64,000 bases of DNA from Candidatus Bathyarchaeota archaeon (GTDB lineage Archaea > Thermoproteota > Bathyarchaeia > Bathyarchaeales > Bathycorpusculaceae). The stretch's first letter is position 1; each line of letters starts with the position of its first letter. A model generated the notes under the pieces. That model did not search any database. It had not been told where the DNA came from and saw only the letters and a list, made by a program, of their open reading frames with translations. The translations under genes were made by a program, and so were the position numbers. The stretch is taken from the NCBI GenBank assembly GCA_963777155.1, contig CAVZPM010000038.1:32001-96000 (forward strand), given 5' to 3'. Below are positions 59,377-64,000 of the stretch, in pieces.

Positions 59377-61548
59377 CTATGCAACTGGGGTTGCTGGCTT
59401 TTGTACTTGTCGGATTTGCTGCATGAAGCTCTTGTACCACTTTTCCATGTCAGGTGTAATCGATGGACCCATCTCTTTGAGGGCATCCTGGAAATCCTTC
59501 ATCGTGACTTCTGTAGAGTTAACGTTCTTTCGGAGTGCATGCATCGCAGCTTCGCGGCACAGCGATTCTATGTCAGCGCCAGAATAGTATTTAGTTGCAA
59601 TTGTTATCTGGTTTAAGTCCACATCTTTGGCAATTGGCATACCCTTCGTGTAGATTTTGAGGATTTGCAAACGGCTCTTCTCATCAGGCTCAGGCACATA
59701 GATTAAACGGTCAAAACGTCCGGGACGCAACACAGCCGAATCAACCATGTCAGGACGGTTAGTAGCAGCGATAACTACGATGTCTTGCAACGTCGTAATA
59801 CCATCCATCTCCGTTAATAGTTGGCTTATGACACGTTCGGAAACACCGCTATCAGACATACCCATCCCACGTCTGGGAGTAAGAGAGTCGATTTCGTCGA
59901 GGAATACAATTGCAGGCGCTGCCATGCGGGCTTTGCGGAAGACTTCGCGGATGGCTTTTTCTGATTCGCCGACCCATTTGCTGAACACTTCAGGTCCTTT
60001 GATGGATATGAAGTTGGCTTCGCTCTCTGTTGCCACTGCGCGTGCTAGCAGGGTTTTCCCGCAGCCCGGTGGGCCATAGAGTAAGATGCCTTTGGGTGGT
60101 CTGATTCCAAGTTTGGTGAATATTTCCGGGGTCTTGATTGGCCATTCTACGGCTTCGATTAGGTGCTGTTTTACGTCGTCGAGTCCGCCTGCATCATCCC
60201 AGTGGACAGTTGAGACTTCAATGTAGACTTCACGCATAGCTGTGGGTGTGACTTCTTTGTATGCCCCCAAGAAATCGTCCATTTTAACTTCCATTTTCTC
60301 CAATACAGCGGGCGGGATACGTTCTTCTTCAAGGTTAATCTGTGGCAAATAGCGTCTTAGTGCTTTCATGGCGGTTTCTCTGCCTAAAGAAGATAAGTCG
60401 GCTCCTGTGTAGCCGTGTGTCATGGCTGAGAGTTTCGGAAGGTCAACATCTGTTGCCAGCGGCATACCTCGAGTGTGGATTTGGAGAACTTCATAGCGTC
60501 CTTTCTTGTCAGGGACACCGATTTCTATTTCCCGGTCAAACCTGCCTGGTCGACGCAGTGCTGGATCAAGGGCGCCAGGGCGGTTGGTCGCTCCGATGAC
60601 GATGACGTTTCCTCTACCTGACAAACCATCCATGAGAGCTAGGAGCTGGGCAACCACGCGTCTTTCCACTTCACCTGTGACTTCTTCACGTTTAGGAGCT
60701 ATGGCGTCAAGTTCATCAACAAAGATTATGCTCGGAGCATTCTGTTGGGCCTGCTGGAAAATTTCTCGGAGCCTAGCTTCTGATTCGCCATAGAATTTGC
60801 TCATGATTTCTGGTCCATTGATGCTGTAGAAGTTAGCTTCTGACTCGTTTGCGACTGCACGAGCGAGCAGGGTTTTGCCGCAGCCTGGTGGACCATGTAG
60901 CAGCACACCTTTTGGCGGTTCAATTCCTAAACGTTGGAAAAGCTCTGGGTGACGAAGGGGCAACTCGACCATTTCACGGACACGTTGGATTTCCGTGTGA
61001 AGTCCACCGATGTCTTCATAGTTTGTTCTGGGCAAACCTTTGCCTTCGGGTGCTGGCTCGTTTAGGATTGTGAGTTTTGTTTCAGCAGTAACTTTAATGA
61101 TACCGTGCGGACGCGTTTTTGAGACTGTGAAAGGTATAGCATGTCCTAGCATCATAACCAGTGTAGTGTCGCCTTCGACTAAGGTACGTTCCATTAGCCG
61201 ATTTTTAACGAAATTGGTGAAGTCCTCATCCACGTTAAGACGCATATCTACAGGCGCGAGAGTTATGGAAAGGGCGGTTTTGACTTTTGCAGGTCTAATA
61301 ACCACGTACTCGTTTATTGCGACTCCAGAGTTTTTACGTGTGAACCCGTCGATACGAATTATGTCGCGGTTCTGGTCTTCACTATACGCGGGCCAAGCAA
61401 TAGCGGATGTGGTACGTTTATTCACGATTTCAATTACGTCTCCAGCACTAATGCCTAGTTTCTGCATTGTTCGCTGATCAATTCTGGCGATTCCTCTACC
61501 CACATCTCGTTGTCTTGCATCTCCAACACGTAGTTGTATTTCGCTCAT
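59377..61548 (-). CDS. cdc48: CDC48/VAT AAA+ ATPase
   Basis: N domain RDVGRG; two GPPGCGKT Walker A and DE Walker B; RPGRFDR twice. Confidence 0.97.
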   Translation of the reverse strand: MSEIQLRVGDARQRDVGRGIARIDQRTMQKLGISAGDVIEIVNKRTTSAIAWPAYSEDQNRDIIRIDGFTRKNSGVAINEYVVIRPAKVKTALSITLAPVDMRLNVDEDFTNFVKNRLMERTLVEGDTTLVMMLGHAIPFTVSKTRPHGIIKVTAETKLTILNEPAPEGKGLPRTNYEDIGGLHTEIQRVREMVELPLRHPELFQRLGIEPPKGVLLHGPPGCGKTLLARAVANESEANFYSINGPEIMSKFYGESEARLREIFQQAQQNAPSIIFVDELDAIAPKREEVTGEVERRVVAQLLALMDGLSGRGNVIVIGATNRPGALDPALRRPGRFDREIEIGVPDKKGRYEVLQIHTRGMPLATDVDLPKLSAMTHGYTGADLSSLGRETAMKALRRYLPQINLEEERIPPAVLEKMEVKMDDFLGAYKEVTPTAMREVYIEVSTVHWDDAGGLDDVKQHLIEAVEWPIKTPEIFTKLGIRPPKGILLYGPPGCGKTLLARAVATESEANFISIKGPEVFSKWVGESEKAIREVFRKARMAAPAIVFLDEIDSLTPRRGMGMSDSGVSERVISQLLTEMDGITTLQDIVVIAATNRPDMVDSAVLRPGRFDRLIYVPEPDEKSRLQILKIYTKGMPIAKDVDLNQITIATKYYSGADIESLCREAAMHALRKNVNSTEVTMKDFQDALKEMGPSITPDMEKWYKSFMQQIRQVQKPATPVA

Positions 61549-61686
61549 GAATAATTTCTCCTAAATAATCCTGACTTGCATTTTATGGATGCGTTTGAAA
61601 AAGCGGTTATGACTATATAAACTTTAAAGCGTAATCCGAAATACTCCCAAGATGACATAGGGGAGGAAAAGTTTGGTTTTTGTAGT

Positions 61687-61965
61687 TTAGTCGCGGCTTG
61701 TTCTGCGTATCTGGAATGTTTGAGCTTGGCTTACACCAGGGATTTTTGCGAGTTTCTCTTCGAATTCATCAACTAGACCTGATTTATCTTCAGGATATCT
61801 AATTTGAACTAAGAGTGCTACGAGCCCAAAAGCAACTGGTTCTTCGCCGTATCCTTCAATTGCGGCGAATTCAGGCAGGATTGCCTTGATTTGGGTTTTG
61901 AGGCCATCAAAACTTGGCATGATGTCTTCTGGGAAAACCTTATAGGTTACAAGTACACTACCCAT
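61687..61965 (-). CDS. ef1b: elongation factor 1-beta
   Basis: KVFPE...EPVAFGLVAL. Confidence 0.93.
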   Translation of the reverse strand: MGSVLVTYKVFPEDIMPSFDGLKTQIKAILPEFAAIEGYGEEPVAFGLVALLVQIRYPEDKSGLVDEFEEKLAKIPGVSQAQTFQIRRTSRD

Positions 61966-61977
61966 GCGGTTCGCCTT

Positions 61978-62157
61978 TTAAGGTCCACTAAAGCCGCATT
62001 TGGGACATCTGTAGAGGCGACCGAATTTGCGGCATTTTCCGTCTCGTTTAACCTGGATTTCTCCGCATTGTGGGCACAGGAACTTTGTGGATTCGCTGCC
62101 TGGCGGGATTGGTTTTCCGCAACTTGTACATGTGACTAGGGACAACTTTTCCGACAT
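61978..62157 (-). CDS. HVO_2753/DUF1610 family zinc-finger protein
   Basis: Hand translation, 59 aa, CTSCG...FLCPQCG...RDGKCRK...YRCPKCGFSGP; usual position upstream of EF-1beta. Confidence 0.92.
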   Translation of the reverse strand: MSEKLSLVTCTSCGKPIPPGSESTKFLCPQCGEIQVKRDGKCRKFGRLYRCPKCGFSGP

Positions 62158-62450
62158 AAACTTTGCACTTCTGTGCCGTCATAATTGTAAGGGTTCCTTA
62201 TATTTGCTATGCTTAAAAAGTGCGCTTAAGCCAAACTTATGAACGCCAACTGCTTCTGCCTTAACCATAAGTCCTTATTTAGACGTGGAATAAACTCATT
62301 CGGAAATGCTCTTTGATTTAAGCAGTCTACCCACCCCCTTACCCACAGAGACAAAGGGTTAGCAGGTTTCTATCATGTTGATGCCCCGTTTGAGGATTTT
62401 CTAATTTGCCTTGTCGGAATGTGTATTGCGCACCGCAATGCCTATAAGTA

Positions 62451-62464
62451 AATATTCTAATATT
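62451..62464. promoter_or_regulatory. putative ArsR operator
   Basis: AATATT-CT-AATATT palindrome; near-identical site at 63503-63516. Confidence 0.5.
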
Positions 62465-62604
62465 ATAATATATGCTTTGAAGTTGTAAGTTGAAACAACA
62501 GAAAACAGCCATTCAAATGCCGTATAAAACGTTTCAAAAACTGTTTCACAACCGTTTCAACCAACTCCTATACCACTCCAAAGCCATAGTAATAATATCA
62601 AAAA

Positions 62605-63435
62605 ATGGAGGAACAAAAAATGAAAATTTGGAAAATATTAACAGTCTCGATTGCCGCTTTCGCGGTAGTCGCAGCCCTCTTAGCTTCAACAGTCTATGCC
62701 ATGGGTCCATTTGGTGTTAACGCCTACGGTGGATACGGTGGCATGATGGGCGGGCGCGGAATGATGGGAGGCGGATACGGGTATGGTTACCCAACCCAAA
62801 CCACACCAAACGGCCAATACTACCAACCCGTTTACCCGTCTATGTTCGGAGGCATGATGGGCGGATTCGGCCACGGCTTTGGTGGAATGATGAGAAGCTA
62901 CGGATATTCAGCGCCATATGCTTACACTGGAACGCCGCTGACAATAACTCAAGTCCAAACCATCGCTCAGAACTATGTCGCTTCAACCGGTAATCCGGAC
63001 CTAGTGGTAAAACAGATCGAAGAATACTCAGCCAACTTCTATATCCAAGTTAACGAGAAAAGCACCGGCAACGGAGCCTTCGAACTCTTAATCAACAAAT
63101 ATACCGGTAGCATTTACCCAGAGATGGGACCCAACATGATGTGGAACACCAAGTACGGCATGATGCGAAGCGGTGCTCTTGGCGGAATCTACGGAACCCC
63201 AACAACAACCCTGCCAGTCAATTTAGCCCAAGCAACAACTGACGCACAGCAGTACCTAACAAGCTACGTGCCTGGAACAACAACAGGAGACGTCACAACC
63301 TTCTACGGGTATTATACCATAGAAGTCCTCAACGGAACAACCACATATGGCATGCTAAGCGTCAATGGTTACACAGGACAAGTTTGGTACCACACTTGGC
63401 ACGGAACCTTCAAGCAAGAACTACAAGTTAGTTAA
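62605..63435 (+). CDS. secreted Gly/Met/Tyr-rich protein with PepSY-like repeats
   Basis: Signal peptide, GGMMGG repeats, two units ending LLINKYTG and LSVNGYTG, WYHTWHG. Confidence 0.8.
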   Translation: MEEQKMKIWKILTVSIAAFAVVAALLASTVYAMGPFGVNAYGGYGGMMGGRGMMGGGYGYGYPTQTTPNGQYYQPVYPSMFGGMMGGFGHGFGGMMRSYGYSAPYAYTGTPLTITQVQTIAQNYVASTGNPDLVVKQIEEYSANFYIQVNEKSTGNGAFELLINKYTGSIYPEMGPNMMWNTKYGMMRSGALGGIYGTPTTTLPVNLAQATTDAQQYLTSYVPGTTTGDVTTFYGYYTIEVLNGTTTYGMLSVNGYTGQVWYHTWHGTFKQELQVS

Positions 63436-63502
63436 TTGGTTCCACTAACCTTCAGTTTTTCTTTAGTTTTTTGTCTTAATGTAAAGCATAAATGGGTGAG
63501 AG

Positions 63503-63516
63503 AATGTTAGAATATT
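63503..63516. promoter_or_regulatory. putative ArsR autoregulatory operator
   Basis: AATGTT-AG-AATATT just upstream of the GAGG RBS and ATG 63534. Confidence 0.5.
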
Positions 63517-63533
63517 CGAATAAGAGGCAAAAT

Positions 63534-63884
63534 ATGTCTAATCCAGAATTCGATCTAACCATATACCAGCTGCAGGCGGAAATTTCCAAAACCTTAGCCC
63601 ACCCCCTGCGACTGGCGATCCTGCATAACCTAAAAGGCGGAGAAAAAACAGTCAACCAACTAACCCAAACCATCGGCGCAAGCCAATCCAACATATCCCA
63701 GCACCTAGCGATTCTACGGCAACGACAAATCGTCAAAACACGAAAAGATGGAACAAACATCTACTATCGCGTGGCAAGCCCCAAAATCAGCCAAGCCTGC
63801 GATATGGTGCGCGAAGTGCTCATAGAGCAACTTAACCAAAAACATGAATTAGCAAAAAACTATGCACAGGGAGTTGAGTTTTAG
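63534..63884 (+). CDS. ArsR/SmtB family transcriptional regulator
   Basis: LAHPLRLAIL, EKTV, SQSNISQHLAILR, RKDG.NIYY. Confidence 0.93.
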   Translation: MSNPEFDLTIYQLQAEISKTLAHPLRLAILHNLKGGEKTVNQLTQTIGASQSNISQHLAILRQRQIVKTRKDGTNIYYRVASPKISQACDMVREVLIEQLNQKHELAKNYAQGVEF

Positions 63885-64000
63885 ATGTGTGGTTGTGGAT
63901 GCGGCTGTGGTTCGGATTCCAGCTACGAACGAACAGAAACAGCTCCAGAAGTTGAGATGAATCCCTGCAAGTACTGTGGGGCACTCTTCCAACAAACCGC
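63885..64000 (+). CDS. Cys/Gly-rich small metal-binding protein (partial)
   Basis: MCGCGCGCGSDSSYERTETAPEVEMNPCKYCGALFQQT, abutting the ArsR stop; GGAG RBS; runs off window. Confidence 0.65.
   Translation, partial: MCGCGCGCGSDSSYERTETAPEVEMNPCKYCGALFQQT

Noticed and set aside
62489-62562. GTTGAAAC and three GTTTCA motifs resembling CRISPR repeat ends
   Set aside because: Units are only 6-8 bp at ~12-bp spacing, with no 25-40-bp repeat/spacer periodicity and no cas genes

Overview
Archaeal chromosomal window, most consistent with Bathyarchaeia (TACK): archaeal information-processing genes plus repeated large secreted beta-propeller proteins. Housekeeping genes include eIF2-alpha, EF-1beta, rps15, KEOPS (Kae1/Bud32/Pcc1), CDC48, proteasome beta, TruD, RlmE, Pth2 and a TFE-beta/Rpc34-like protein. 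Metabolic and accessory loci include a clustered pentose-bisphosphate pathway (R15P isomerase, form III RuBisCO, AMP phosphorylase) and a PMT/GT-C/GT2 glycosylation operon. A redox locus places NfnAB next to an unusual tandem (ferredoxin-MvhD)x2 protein and thioredoxin reductase, divergent from a rubredoxin-pyruvate oxidase fusion. There are two tRNAs, with a toxin-antitoxin islet integrated at tRNA-Leu, and an ArsR module at the right edge. The beta-propeller surface-protein family occurs four times: two full-length genes and two orphan C-terminal fragments. Several small genes missing from the ORF track were found by hand. About a dozen genes, some essential, carry single-base frameshifts, mostly in homopolymers, which suggests long-read assembly errors. 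All product calls come from motif recognition, not database searches.
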